A stretch of 64,000 bases of DNA from the sequence record PQ433349.1. One strand, given 5' to 3'. A program made the position numbers and the translations under genes. Under the pieces are notes generated by a model. The model made no database searches, was not told the DNA's origin, and saw only the letters and a list, made by a program, of their open reading frames with translations. Positions 44,508 through 54,882 of the stretch are shown one piece after another; positions within the stretch are counted from its first letter, which is position 1; each line of letters opens with the position of its first letter. The stretch is from Escherichia phage vB_Ec-G1.

Positions 44508-44987
44508 ATGGAACTCAATAAAGATACACTGTGGGAACTCTTCAAAACCTTCGCTGGTTTTAAAGAGAATTCTGAATCCCAACAAGATTCTATACCATCT
44601 CAAAAACCTGAAACTCTAGTCAAACAAAATAAATTTGATGAAGAAAAGATGCAGGTTATTGAGGTCTTGTATTGTCCACCTGAAGAAGACGATCTCCACG
44701 GAGAGCGCATGTCTGATTTGGAAATCAGGAAGATGGTTGACAACTTCAATGAGAATATTACCAATATTAGTGGTAATCTTGGTCACATGAAGAACACCGA
44801 TAAGTTTTCTCCAATTAAAGCTTGGGTAAATGAAGTCGATTGTTACATTGGTGACGAACTCGTTGTGGAAGGAACTCCCCTCGTTAAAATCCAATTCAAC
44901 GACCCTGAATTATATCAAGCTCGTAAAGACGGCGTTCTTAAAGGTTTGAGTATAGGCGCAATGGGCGTTAAAGTCAAGAAGGACTAA
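44508..44987 (+). CDS. hypothetical head morphogenesis protein (159 aa)
   Basis: Position between portal and scaffold-like gene. Confidence 0.5.
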   Translation: MELNKDTLWELFKTFAGFKENSESQQDSIPSQKPETLVKQNKFDEEKMQVIEVLYCPPEEDDLHGERMSDLEIRKMVDNFNENITNISGNLGHMKNTDKFSPIKAWVNEVDCYIGDELVVEGTPLVKIQFNDPELYQARKDGVLKGLSIGAMGVKVKKD

Positions 44988-44989
44988 TC

Positions 44990-46105
44990 GTGGCAAATAC
45001 ATATTTAACTAACGTAGACTTTTCTGGAAAAGCTACGGAAGAGTCACTAGGTGCTCATATTGCTTACACTTTTGATTTTCAAGGTGGAGCGGCATCTGGT
45101 TATAATACCCCCCTTTTATTTAAGTCAGACGGATCTCCAGACATAACTTTTGAAAAGTTAGAAGCTCTCACTAAAATGGGAGAAGATGTTACAGAGTTAC
45201 GTAAAAGCTATATTCAACAAGTAATGGATCGCATTTCTGAAAAAGTGCGTGAAAAATTTGAAGCTGGTTGGGATTGGGTTTACGTTATTGATGCTGACTT
45301 CGATGCGAACGTTGCAATTTTCTGTTCAGATAACGGTATGTTCTCTGTTGGCTTTAAAGTTGACGGACTGAATGTTGAAGTTGAAGAGGTTGCTAAACCT
45401 GTTGTTCGTGTTACTGATTATCAAGTTGTTGATGGTGATGTAATGATCTCCATTGATTTCTTTGAGGACGTTTTAGACGATGCTTTGAGTAATCTCGTTA
45501 AGAGTTCCTTGAAACAAAGTCAAGTTAAAGATTATTTAGTGAAAGCTCACGCTAAAGCTAATACAAACTCTGTGGATGCAGAGGCTAACCCCGCAGGTGA
45601 TAAATCTGCAAACACAACTGGAATCAATAAAGGAGAAACCCCTTTGGAAAATATCAACAAAGAAGAATTCCTGAAATCTGCTGAATTCCAAGAACTGATG
45701 AAAGCACAGATCGCTGAAGCTGTAGAAAAAGCAGCCGCAGATGCACGTGCAGCCGCAGAACTTGAAGCACAGGAAAAAATCGCTAAGGCAGAACAGGAAG
45801 CAGAAGAACTTCGTAAAGCTGAACAAGCTCGTATCGAAGAAGAATATACAACTGTTGTTAAATCCTATTCTTTCGTAGAAGAAGACAAAGTTGAAGCTCT
45901 CGTTAAATATCTGGTAGACAATAAAGATATCGCTGAAACTATCGTCAAAGCATTCGAAAAAGCACGTGCAGAAGTGGACGCAGTTAAGAAAGAATTTGGA
46001 ACAGAACGTGGTGTTGATGTGATCAATACTCAACCTGTAGCTAAATCTTCTTCTGAACTGATTAGTCAGAAAGCTGCTGAACTTAAAAAAGCCCAGAAAC
46101 AATAA
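44990..46105 (+). CDS. scaffolding-like protein
   Basis: C-terminal half highly alpha-helical, A/E/K-rich coiled-coil; position before decoration/capsid genes. Confidence 0.5.
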   Translation: MANTYLTNVDFSGKATEESLGAHIAYTFDFQGGAASGYNTPLLFKSDGSPDITFEKLEALTKMGEDVTELRKSYIQQVMDRISEKVREKFEAGWDWVYVIDADFDANVAIFCSDNGMFSVGFKVDGLNVEVEEVAKPVVRVTDYQVVDGDVMISIDFFEDVLDDALSNLVKSSLKQSQVKDYLVKAHAKANTNSVDAEANPAGDKSANTTGINKGETPLENINKEEFLKSAEFQELMKAQIAEAVEKAAADARAAAELEAQEKIAKAEQEAEELRKAEQARIEEEYTTVVKSYSFVEEDKVEALVKYLVDNKDIAETIVKAFEKARAEVDAVKKEFGTERGVDVINTQPVAKSSSELISQKAAELKKAQKQ

Positions 46106-46124
46106 TCTTAGGAGATTAAATTAA

Positions 46125-46523
46125 ATGGCTAAAGGAATTACTTTATCTAACTCTCGCCAGGAATTCGGACACCTGGTTCTGGGTGGAGTGTTTAGCTCTG
46201 ACCTTGGACACTGTGTACGTGAAGTTAACCTGGTTAAAACAGCAACCATGAAAATTGGTTCTATCCTGAAAGCTGACAACACTGAAGCTGCTAAAGCTGA
46301 AGCTGCCGATGCTGCTAAAGTTCTGATTTGGACTGATGCTCTGTTCGGTATTGACGATGTAGCAGTAGGTGACACTTTCACCGCAGTTGTTGGCGTACGT
46401 GATCTTACTCTGAACCGCTTTGCAGTATACTACAAAGATGGCTCCCTGGTAGATGACGCTGGCGTAGCAGCACTGGAAACACATGATCTGAAACTGACCG
46501 AAAAAGTCGTTTTCACTTCTTAA
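46125..46523 (+). CDS. head decoration-like protein
   Basis: 132-aa ORF immediately before major capsid gene (lambda D-E arrangement); host-optimal codon usage. Confidence 0.45.
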   Translation: MAKGITLSNSRQEFGHLVLGGVFSSDLGHCVREVNLVKTATMKIGSILKADNTEAAKAEAADAAKVLIWTDALFGIDDVAVGDTFTAVVGVRDLTLNRFAVYYKDGSLVDDAGVAALETHDLKLTEKVVFTS

Positions 46524-46544
46524 TTTTAATAGGAGATTAATATA

Positions 46545-47546
46545 ATGCCAGCAGTAATTTTAGATCAGGTTGTAGATTTCAGCCCTATGATCGAACTTCA
46601 GGATTCCCCTGATACACTGATTGCCAGCCTGAATCTGTTCAGCGTTGACTATCATTCAACTACCGCTATTGAAATCGGTAAAGAAAAAGCTGAAGATGCG
46701 CTGATCTCCGCTCGTGAGCGTGGTGGTGAGCGTAACTTCCTGACCATGAAAAATCCAGAACTGAAAGCATTCCGTATTCCGTTCTTCCCTCTGGATAAAA
46801 ACATCAAAGCTCAAGATATTCAATCTTTCCGTAGCTTTGCGATGGCAGGAATCAATGACTCTCTGCGCACAGACGCTGAAGTTGTTAACCGCTATATGTC
46901 CCAGATTCTGCGTGACGTAGCAAAAACCAAAGAGAAAATCTTTGCAGAAGCAGTTATGGGTCGTGCCTATAACGGCGTAGGTGGTGCAGCTAACTCTGCA
47001 TACAACTGGTATACCGAGTGGAATGCTACCCAGAAATCTGTTGCTGTAGACTTTGCTTCTACCACTGTTTCTCCAGCAGCCACTATCGAGCAAGAAGCTC
47101 GTGCTTACATCATCGATACTAAACAAGATGGCTCTACCGCTACTCGTATCGTAGCTCTGTGTTCTCGTGAATTTTTCGCATCTCTGGTTAACTCTCCATT
47201 TGTTCGCCAGGCGTATCAGTATTTCCAGGGAACTCCTAACCTTCTGCGTGACCGCCTTAGCGGTAACATGGATGTTCAGGTGTTCGAATGGAACGGTGTA
47301 ACTTACATTGAAGATATCCACGGTAACATCCCTGCTGGTGAAGCATATGTTCTGCCTATGGGTATCGAAGGTATGTTCCAGGCGCACTACGCTCCTGCGG
47401 ATACTCCAGAACTGGCTAACACCCAGGCTCGTGAACTGTATACCTTCATGATCAGCCAGCACCGCACCATTCAGCTTCAGTCTGAATTCTCGCTGCTCGC
47501 AGTTAACACCCGTCCAGAACTGGTAGTTAAACTGACTACGGCTTAA
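46545..47546 (+). CDS. major capsid protein (lambda gpE-like family)
   Basis: 333 aa, strong SD, host-optimal codon usage, NTQAR segment shared with lambda gpE C-terminal region (from memory), strong terminator downstream. Confidence 0.7.
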   Translation: MPAVILDQVVDFSPMIELQDSPDTLIASLNLFSVDYHSTTAIEIGKEKAEDALISARERGGERNFLTMKNPELKAFRIPFFPLDKNIKAQDIQSFRSFAMAGINDSLRTDAEVVNRYMSQILRDVAKTKEKIFAEAVMGRAYNGVGGAANSAYNWYTEWNATQKSVAVDFASTTVSPAATIEQEARAYIIDTKQDGSTATRIVALCSREFFASLVNSPFVRQAYQYFQGTPNLLRDRLSGNMDVQVFEWNGVTYIEDIHGNIPAGEAYVLPMGIEGMFQAHYAPADTPELANTQARELYTFMISQHRTIQLQSEFSLLAVNTRPELVVKLTTA

Positions 47547-47567
47547 CAGAACTCTGTTAATATTAGA

Positions 47568-47600
47568 GGCTCGTCCGTGATGGGCGAGCCTTTTCTGTTT
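47568..47600 (+). terminator. rho-independent terminator after capsid gene
   Basis: GGCTCG...CGAGCC hairpin followed by TTTTCTGTTT. Confidence 0.7.
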
Positions 47601-47630
47601 ACAACAAGAGTTTACAATGAGGAGATTGAT

Positions 47631-47975
47631 ATGTCAAACCCAGAATTGAAACGTTACTTTAGTTATCACGAAATGATTCGTGATTTCGAATCGCTTTCAC
47701 CACTGATTGATGCTGATAAAACATTAGTATCTGCGCCACCAATGTCTTTCTATCTGAAAGATGGTCGTATTGCATTAGGTGGAAACTTCATTCACTTCCT
47801 CACACGTTTGAGAGAAGAAACAGGTATTCTTGTGCATCCTTTTGCAAGTGAAGAACACATGGGTTACTATCTTGTAAGTTACGAAGATTATGCACCTGTA
47901 AAAATCAAAGAAGAAGTTTTAAAAGTAGAAGCGGTAGACACTCCAGCTAAAAAACGTTCCCTTCGTAAAAAATAA
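47631..47975 (+). CDS. hypothetical virion protein
   Basis: GAGGAG SD before ATG 47631 (track ORF start 47577 lies inside terminator). Confidence 0.5.
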   Translation: MSNPELKRYFSYHEMIRDFESLSPLIDADKTLVSAPPMSFYLKDGRIALGGNFIHFLTRLREETGILVHPFASEEHMGYYLVSYEDYAPVKIKEEVLKVEAVDTPAKKRSLRKK

Positions 47976-47984
47976 GGTGGGCTT

Positions 47985-48533
47985 ATGCTGAATGCGGTAG
48001 AGTTGGCACCACTGATCCGAATTCTTGTTTATAACCCTTCTCAAGAAGTATTGCCAGATGCAATGCTGATTCAGATCATCCAGACTTGGATTGATATTAT
48101 AGGGAATGAAGATAAGGATAAGTGTGCAGTATTGTGGAACAGCTTGATTTCTGTTTTAGAGTATTTATGGAACAACGATGTTCTTAATAACAATACTCAA
48201 ACAGGAGGAGCTATGTCCCGCAGAGAAAAGATGGGTGAAGTCGAAGTTGAAGTTAAATTTAACAACGGTCAAGTAACTTATAAGTCTCCGTGGGAAGATA
48301 TTTATCATAACTATTTAAATGGTCTTATGGTTATTCCTGGGTGCACGGCAGGACGAGGAGCAACCAGTAAAGTTCTTATTGGTGGTGTTGATGCTCGTGA
48401 GATTGATCGAGTAAACAGTGATCCTAACTCTGTAAATGGTCTTGGTAATGTTGCAAGTGTTGATCGTAATACACGCAACGTTAATTATTTGCGAAATTAT
48501 GGACCTGTTTCTTTTTATCGTAGGGACAAATAA
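47985..48533 (+). CDS. hypothetical head-tail joining protein
   Basis: Position between capsid and tail genes. Confidence 0.5.
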   Translation: MLNAVELAPLIRILVYNPSQEVLPDAMLIQIIQTWIDIIGNEDKDKCAVLWNSLISVLEYLWNNDVLNNNTQTGGAMSRREKMGEVEVEVKFNNGQVTYKSPWEDIYHNYLNGLMVIPGCTAGRGATSKVLIGGVDAREIDRVNSDPNSVNGLGNVASVDRNTRNVNYLRNYGPVSFYRRDK

Positions 48534-49021
48534 TGGAAAGTGAGATCTTACCAGGTGATGATACGGATTGGGAAACCATTATCAAAAAGATGATGGACCT
48601 TGAACAAGTTCAAATCGAAGCTGGTTTTTTAACAAACAAAAGGCATCCTGAATCAGATCTCACTATTCCTGCAATAGCAGCTATTCAACAATATGGTAAT
48701 GAAACAAATAACATACCTGCTCGCCCTTTTATAACAGATGGCGCTGTTATCTCACAGAACAATATCGCTAAAAAGATGAAGCAGGTGTTTGCAAATTACT
48801 TAATGAATAATGTCGGGTTAGCTGTTTTTGAGCCTATAGCGAGAGCCTCTAGAGAAGGAATAGCTCAAGCGATTGCAATGCAACGTTATCGTCCTTTATC
48901 TCCTGTGACAATTAAGATACGACAAGATAAAGGCAACTATTCTAATCATATCTTAATAGATACGGCACACATGATAAATGCAATCGAAACAAAAATCACA
49001 AAAAGCAAGTCTAAAAAATAA
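48533..49021 (+). CDS. hypothetical head-tail joining protein
   Basis: ATGA-coupled to upstream gene. Confidence 0.5.
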   Translation: MESEILPGDDTDWETIIKKMMDLEQVQIEAGFLTNKRHPESDLTIPAIAAIQQYGNETNNIPARPFITDGAVISQNNIAKKMKQVFANYLMNNVGLAVFEPIARASREGIAQAIAMQRYRPLSPVTIKIRQDKGNYSNHILIDTAHMINAIETKITKSKSKK

Positions 49022-49033
49022 CTTGCATAAACT

Positions 49034-49483
49034 TTGTTTTTGATGTATACTAAAAAGGAGATACAAGTGTTACTAGATCAATTTACTCTCCTTGATCTAA
49101 CTGAATACCAAGGTCGTAGACGAATCTACAAAGAGGCAGTTGATTCAGTTATTGCTAACTTAGACAGTAGTGTAGAATATGAACCATTTACTATTGAAGC
49201 GGCAAGCTTACAACCGATATCTGGTAAAACACTGAATGCACTACCTGAAGGTTACAGATCTAAGGCTCAATATAGTTTCTGGACTAAAACAGAAATGAAG
49301 GGGTTACAACAAGGAACAGAACAGTTATCAGATCAGATATTGATAGATGGTAAATGGTATTCTGTTTATTCCCTTAAAGATTGGACCAGAACATCTTTCT
49401 TAGTCCATCATCACTGTGTTGCAATATTAGACGATCAAAACAACTCCTGGTCTTATGGAACAGAAGGAGGAAACTTTGGCTAA
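49034..49483 (+). CDS. hypothetical virion protein
   Basis: Plus ORF in late operon. Confidence 0.5.
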   Translation: MFLMYTKKEIQVLLDQFTLLDLTEYQGRRRIYKEAVDSVIANLDSSVEYEPFTIEAASLQPISGKTLNALPEGYRSKAQYSFWTKTEMKGLQQGTEQLSDQILIDGKWYSVYSLKDWTRTSFLVHHHCVAILDDQNNSWSYGTEGGNFG

Positions 49484-50114
49484 TATTTACCAACAAATAG
49501 AAGCATACGAAAATGCCATCTACTTAAATATAGGTGGCTTCCTTCAAGAATTAGTGGGGTTGCCAGTCTATGTTATGGATAAGCCATTCATTAAACCGGA
49601 TACTCCTTACCTAGCACTACGTATTATCACTTCCAGCGATTCTGGAGGTTGGTCTTACCGAAGCTCTATTCAAAATGATATGTATTCCTACGAGATGGAT
49701 AATACCTACGAGATTGAACTTGTAGCCTATCGTGGAAGACCTACCACTTTGATGAGCTATGTTCTGGCTGCTCTCCGTGGTGCAGAGGAATTAAAATACA
49801 AACATCTCTATTCTAAAGGTCTTGGTTTTTTAGGAGCCTCTAATATAGCTCAAGCCAATACGATTGTAGACGGAGATAAGACTGAATTAAGAGCGCGTAT
49901 GGTTATGACGTTCAACACTCGTATGAGTATTGAAGATATTGCTACTACACCAATAGAAGCAATCAACATGCACATCCGTTCATTCAGAGATAGTTACAAT
50001 GATCCTATCCCTTTAGATTTAATTCTAAACAGGGTTTATGCAATTACTTTGGTTCCAGGCGAATACTCGTCAGTTAATCAAAATGGATCATTATTTAACA
50101 ACCCTACCGAATAA
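49455..50114 (+). CDS. hypothetical virion protein (possible tail completion/terminator)
   Basis: Plus ORF immediately upstream of sheath gene. Confidence 0.5.
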   Translation: MEQKEETLANIYQQIEAYENAIYLNIGGFLQELVGLPVYVMDKPFIKPDTPYLALRIITSSDSGGWSYRSSIQNDMYSYEMDNTYEIELVAYRGRPTTLMSYVLAALRGAEELKYKHLYSKGLGFLGASNIAQANTIVDGDKTELRARMVMTFNTRMSIEDIATTPIEAINMHIRSFRDSYNDPIPLDLILNRVYAITLVPGEYSSVNQNGSLFNNPTE

Positions 50115-50148
50115 ACTCATTGGAATTAAGTTTCTAACAGGAGCATAA

Positions 50149-51522
50149 ATGGCAACTTTTCGTGAAAAGGTAGCAACCGTAACTTTACTGTATGGTGCTA
50201 CATCAATTCGTGAAACCCAGTTCGATATTCCTCTGATCCTTACAGGTCAGAACGTAACTGGCGAAGCGATTCAATATTACTCTTCTTCCGATGCACTTTT
50301 GGAAGCAGGTTATGGATTAAATGATCCAGCGTATATTATGGCAGTCAAACTGTTTAACGGTTTGTTCCCACCAGATCAAGTCATGGTTGGTAAGCGTGAA
50401 GTTACAAACTTTACTCTAACTCCAATCGTAGAAGATAGTGCAACTTACACAATTACCATCAAAAATGGTACCAAGAAAAAAGAATTTAAATTCATTGCTG
50501 ATGACACTGCAACTGCACAAGAGATTGTAGTTGGTCTGACTGAAATGATCAATGCAGATCTTGTTTATGGCCCACTGTTTACAGTAGCTAACAACGGCGC
50601 TGCAATGACTTTCACTCCAGTAGAAGGTAAGTTTGGTTCTATTGACAGCACAGGTTTCACTCAAGAAACTGTCTATGCTAATGCTATTACGGAAGATATC
50701 GCTGCTCTGCATGATATTGATAGTAGCTGGTTCTGGACCCTTTCAGATTCCCATGAAACAGAAGATGTTCTAGCTTTGGCTGCATGGGTAGAAGAGAATG
50801 ATAAAGTTTACTTCTTCTCTAGCTCTGAACCTGGAATTAAAACGAAAGCAGAAGATAACGTTCTGGAACGACTGAATGACCTCGGTTATAATAACACTTG
50901 CTTTGCTTTGTGGATGACTGATGCAGATTCTGTATTCCCAGAAGCAGCAGTTGTTGGTGCAATCTGTTCTCGTCAACCTGGTTTAACTACCCTTCACGGT
51001 AAAACACTGGTAGGAGTAGAGATCGAGAAACTGGATCAGACTTCGGAAAACAATATTGTTCAACAGAACGGTAACATCTATCGTAAAGAGCATGGAACTC
51101 TGTTCTATCGTGATGGATTGATGGTTAGCGGTTTCTTTGTTGACTATGTTGTTCATGCTTTGTGGTTTAAAGCTCGCACAGAAGAATCACTGTTTACACT
51201 GTTTAAACAACAGTCTATGCTGGGTGGTGGTGTTCGTGCTACTTCAAACGGTCTGGCTTTGATTCGACAAGCTGTTCTGGCTAACCCGATCCAAGTAGGT
51301 ATCCTCAACGGTTCCATCGCTAATGAAGTTGTTACTTCTGAAGAGACTGGTTTGCGTGTCGATCTGAAACCTATTGTTTATATTCCTTCTCGTGCCGATA
51401 TGACCGATGCGCAAATCAATGCTCGTCTGGTTGATGGGATGAAGATTGAATATGTTTACGCTGGCTTCTTCCATTACGTTAAAGTTCAGGTCAACGTCCT
51501 GACTAACCGTACTGCAAACTAA
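50149..51522 (+). CDS. tail sheath protein
   Basis: 457-aa ORF followed by tube, chaperone with frameshift, and tape measure genes; order and size typical of contractile tails. Confidence 0.65.
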   Translation: MATFREKVATVTLLYGATSIRETQFDIPLILTGQNVTGEAIQYYSSSDALLEAGYGLNDPAYIMAVKLFNGLFPPDQVMVGKREVTNFTLTPIVEDSATYTITIKNGTKKKEFKFIADDTATAQEIVVGLTEMINADLVYGPLFTVANNGAAMTFTPVEGKFGSIDSTGFTQETVYANAITEDIAALHDIDSSWFWTLSDSHETEDVLALAAWVEENDKVYFFSSSEPGIKTKAEDNVLERLNDLGYNNTCFALWMTDADSVFPEAAVVGAICSRQPGLTTLHGKTLVGVEIEKLDQTSENNIVQQNGNIYRKEHGTLFYRDGLMVSGFFVDYVVHALWFKARTEESLFTLFKQQSMLGGGVRATSNGLALIRQAVLANPIQVGILNGSIANEVVTSEETGLRVDLKPIVYIPSRADMTDAQINARLVDGMKIEYVYAGFFHYVKVQVNVLTNRTAN

Positions 51523-51568
51523 TACGGCGGGGGTTAAGCCCCCGTTATCAAAATAAAGAGGATCTATA

Positions 51569-52048
51569 ATGGATAAAATGCTTACTGGCGTAATGGCCTA
51601 CGACCCATCTCAAGTTATCCTTTCATTAGGTGGTTGGGAACCGTGGGGTTTTGCGGCTGATACTAAAATCGTTATTGCTAAATCTAACGATATTATCAAC
51701 CCTTATTCAGGGACTGATGGTGACGTTTCACTAGCTTTGAGTCGTAACCGTTTGGGAACACTCACAATGTCTTTGCAACGCACATCTCCAGCTAACGAAG
51801 TACTTGCAACATATGCACAAACAATGTATTCTACTCGTCAAGTAGCATTCAGCGTTTACTTGGAAGACCCACGTGGCTATTACATTAGCACGATTGGATG
51901 GATTCAAAGTCAGCCTGAAGATACTATTGGCGAAATGATTACAGAGAACCAATGGGTTATTGGTCTTAAAGATGCAAGCCTTCTGCGTAATGAAGTTGGT
52001 GTAGGTTTGAGCACCCTTAACTCAATCTCTGCTCTGACAATTCAATAA
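51569..52048 (+). CDS. tail tube protein
   Basis: 159-aa ORF between sheath and chaperone genes; terminator hairpin after it. Confidence 0.55.
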   Translation: MDKMLTGVMAYDPSQVILSLGGWEPWGFAADTKIVIAKSNDIINPYSGTDGDVSLALSRNRLGTLTMSLQRTSPANEVLATYAQTMYSTRQVAFSVYLEDPRGYYISTIGWIQSQPEDTIGEMITENQWVIGLKDASLLRNEVGVGLSTLNSISALTIQ

Positions 52049-52054
52049 TAAATA

Positions 52055-52077
52055 AAGGGCAGAAATGCCCTTTTTAT
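52055..52077 (+). terminator. rho-independent terminator after tube gene
   Basis: GGGCA-gaaa-TGCCC hairpin followed by TTTTTA. Confidence 0.65.
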
Positions 52078-52093
52078 CATTAGAGAGGAAAAT

Positions 52094-52576
52094 ATGTCAC
52101 AAGAACAAGATAACACAATTCAAAAATATGCTCGACCAGAAGAAGTAGTTGAGATTCCGTTAGATGGAAACAGATCTGTTACTTTCCGTATTATGAAGTG
52201 GAGTCCATCTAAAGTGTTTGACAGGATTCCAGAATTGGGTAGTGTTCTGGTTGTTCCTATGACTATGTATAGCACAGCAACAATGTCAGCAGACGAAGAC
52301 CTTGAGTCACGTATTGCTATGGCACTGATCCAACTTTTTGCGGGTTTGGAAGAAAAGAATTTAACTGTCTTTTTGCGTAAAATTTTAGATGAGGTTTATA
52401 CTCAAGACGGTTATAACGTTGCAGAAAATTTTGATGAATTATTTATGGCTCACCCAGAACTAGTGTTAGATCTTACTGCTAAAGTTCTGGAGGTAAACTA
52501 CGGCCCTTTTTTCAAACGAGGTTTCGGAAAACTGTTCACACAGCTTCAGGCGATGACGAGTTTAGCAGCAAATTAA
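52094..52576 (+). CDS. tail assembly chaperone (G-like, zero-frame product)
   Basis: Located just upstream of tape measure gene; contains slippery heptamer T_TTT_TTC near 3' end. Confidence 0.65.
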   Translation: MSQEQDNTIQKYARPEEVVEIPLDGNRSVTFRIMKWSPSKVFDRIPELGSVLVVPMTMYSTATMSADEDLESRIAMALIQLFAGLEEKNLTVFLRKILDEVYTQDGYNVAENFDELFMAHPELVLDLTAKVLEVNYGPFFKRGFGKLFTQLQAMTSLAAN

Positions 52577-52842
52577 CACCTGCGATTGAACATGCTATCG
52601 ACACAGCAACGAAAACCCTTACTTTGAAGTGGTATGAGGTTATTCTTTGCAAAGTCGTTAAAGATACCTCGGAAACACTGAAAACATTGGATAACTACGG
52701 TGTAGATTATCTTTTAAAACTATATGAGTATTTAACATACGAAGAGTATGTTGAAGCCATGTATGTTAAAGACACTTCAATAAAGAGAAAACATCAAAAC
52801 CAGACAAATAAAATGTCAGATTTGTTTAAGAAACTTGTTTAA
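52094..52842 (+). CDS. tail assembly chaperone frameshift product (GT-like, -1 frameshift at 52506..52512)
   Basis: -1 frame is open from before the slippery site through 52842; track ORF 52624..52842 is its 3' part. Confidence 0.5.
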
Positions 52843-52862
52843 TCCAACACGAGGAACATACT

Positions 52863-54851
52863 TTGTTAGAAATTAACGCCTCCAAAATTAGTAACGTGGT
52901 TACGTTTAAGGTGGACAAGAACAGTCTCAAGGAAGCAAAAGATGCCGTGTTGAGTGTTCAGAAGTTTGCAAATAAAATGCAACCCACTATGAACATGACC
53001 AAGTTTAGACAACAAATGAAAGAGATTGAGCGTGAACTTAAGAAAGCTCAAACTCAAAGTCAAAAACCTATGCGAGCACCTACTCCCGCTGGAGCGGGTG
53101 CTCCTGTAGGCGGATCTGGCAGACCTAGAACTCCTAAAACCCCGCAAGGAAGAGAAGAAGAAAAAGCTCGTAAAGCTGCTGAACGCGAAGCTAAAGCAGC
53201 AGCACGTAGGGAAGACTTAGGTAATCTTCGTTTGCAGAACTTTAACTATCGAGCAAGAGCATTTAGTAAAGCCAGTCCTGGCGCTATGCAAGAAGCTAGA
53301 GACGTTATGGGTAAAGCTGTAGAGCAATACAAAAAGGGTGAAATAACTCTTCAACGTATGAACCAAGCTCTTGCTCACCAGTTGGATGCTTTACGCAGAT
53401 CTCATCGTGAAAAGAATGCTGAAATAGAAGACGAGGTTCGCGGTCGTCGCCGTATTCGTAGAGAGTTAGAAGCAGAAGCTAAAATGCGTATACGTATGCG
53501 AAATCGTGAACTTAGGGATATAGAACGCAATCGTAAACGTGAATTAGCTCAACAAAGACGTGACCGTGATCGTCGATATGGACAATTAAAAGAAGGTGCA
53601 GCAGGTCTTAATCCACGCATGATTGCATCCTCTTTGATTGGTGCTGGGCTGTTTGCGGGTGGTTCTGTAGTTGGTAATACGTTGATGAATACTAATGAAA
53701 GAATTAAACTTGTAAGCCGTGGTGCTGAAAACGTTCAGACAAACGCCAACGCTATTTTGGCAATGACAGCTTGGGGTGAACAGAACGGTGTAGACTCTGC
53801 AAATATTATTAAGTCAATAGATAATATTAAAGACGTTCGTGAACGTCTTGGTAATACAGTTTTAGCCTCAAAATGGAATGAGAAAGAAGGGAAGTGGAAA
53901 GGCGGCGATAATGGCATAAATGACATTATGAACTTGTTTGGATGGAATCCAGAACAGCTTAAACCTTTACAGAACGATCCTTTAGCTTTTATTCAGGCTA
54001 CTGTTAATGAAGGTGAGCGTCGAGGTATGAACTCTGCTCAAATCGGGCGACTTCTTGAAAACCTTGGTGATGACCTTATGCACTACCAACGTATGTTTAG
54101 TAAAAACGGCGAAGGGTATAATGAAGTATTGAAAATGCTTCAAAGAACAGGTGCAACATTAACTCAAGAACAAATAGATGCTTCTAAAGAGTTTACTCGT
54201 TTTGCTGCAACAGTTCAGCTTGTAGGTCAAGGTATGCAGAACCATTTCTTAGAGGGTTTTGTGAAAGCCTTACCTAAAGATGATTCTTGGTTGGATAACG
54301 TTAAAGTGCTAGATCAGTTTGCCAAAGATTTAGGTGAAGAACTTGGTAAGACAACAGTGCAATTAGGAGGTTTTGCTAAAGAATTGGGAGATGGTTTCGG
54401 ATCTTTTACCAATTGGCTTAAAGAAACATTCCCAGATACATTCGGAGACAACACAGATCCTAATAAATCTATGGCACAAAAAGCATACGAGGCAACGCAA
54501 AGTGGAGACAGCAATCCTGTAGCAGATTGGTTGTACAATTTAACAGGTATTGATACACAAGATATTGGTCGTATGTGGAGAGGAGAACAAACAAGGACAC
54601 GTGCTTTTGGATTTGGTAATCCTCTTGAAGATTTACGTGAATCAGCCTATACACCTAACGTAAGTTTGGCTCGTAATCAACCTGTTGTTGAGAATACGGT
54701 AGCAATACCAAGTGATCTTATCAAAGTTACGATCAGCCCTTCTTCAGAGTTTGGAAATATTCTTGATGCAAGAATTCAAAATAGCGGAAATAGCATTTTC
54801 CAACGTTTGTCTCTTTCAACTCTAAGTGGACAATCTAACACTGGTGGTTAA
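52863..54851 (+). CDS. tail tape measure protein
   Basis: 662 aa, alpha-helical with R/E/K-rich stretch; follows chaperone pair. Confidence 0.7.
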   Translation: MLEINASKISNVVTFKVDKNSLKEAKDAVLSVQKFANKMQPTMNMTKFRQQMKEIERELKKAQTQSQKPMRAPTPAGAGAPVGGSGRPRTPKTPQGREEEKARKAAEREAKAAARREDLGNLRLQNFNYRARAFSKASPGAMQEARDVMGKAVEQYKKGEITLQRMNQALAHQLDALRRSHREKNAEIEDEVRGRRRIRRELEAEAKMRIRMRNRELRDIERNRKRELAQQRRDRDRRYGQLKEGAAGLNPRMIASSLIGAGLFAGGSVVGNTLMNTNERIKLVSRGAENVQTNANAILAMTAWGEQNGVDSANIIKSIDNIKDVRERLGNTVLASKWNEKEGKWKGGDNGINDIMNLFGWNPEQLKPLQNDPLAFIQATVNEGERRGMNSAQIGRLLENLGDDLMHYQRMFSKNGEGYNEVLKMLQRTGATLTQEQIDASKEFTRFAATVQLVGQGMQNHFLEGFVKALPKDDSWLDNVKVLDQFAKDLGEELGKTTVQLGGFAKELGDGFGSFTNWLKETFPDTFGDNTDPNKSMAQKAYEATQSGDSNPVADWLYNLTGIDTQDIGRMWRGEQTRTRAFGFGNPLEDLRESAYTPNVSLARNQPVVENTVAIPSDLIKVTISPSSEFGNILDARIQNSGNSIFQRLSLSTLSGQSNTGG

Positions 54852-54858
54852 TAAAATA

Positions 54859-54882
54859 CCTCGCTTCGGCGGGGTTTTTTCG
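54859..54882 (+). terminator. rho-independent terminator after tape measure gene
   Basis: CCTCGC-ttcg-GCGGGG hairpin (UUCG loop) followed by TTTTTT. Confidence 0.7.

Noticed and set aside
45536-47462. Minus-strand ORFs inside the late operon (45536..46102, 46143..46484, 46656..47462)
   Set aside because: Antisense to scaffold, decoration and capsid genes; Cys/Phe-rich low-complexity translations typical of reverse frames of highly expressed genes.
50149-51522. Classifying the phage as T5-like (siphovirus) from its tRNA island, phosphatase and PhoH
   Set aside because: The tail module has a sheath-sized protein followed by tube, chaperone frameshift and tape measure, indicating a contractile tail; the lysozyme is T4-type rather than a T5-type peptidase.
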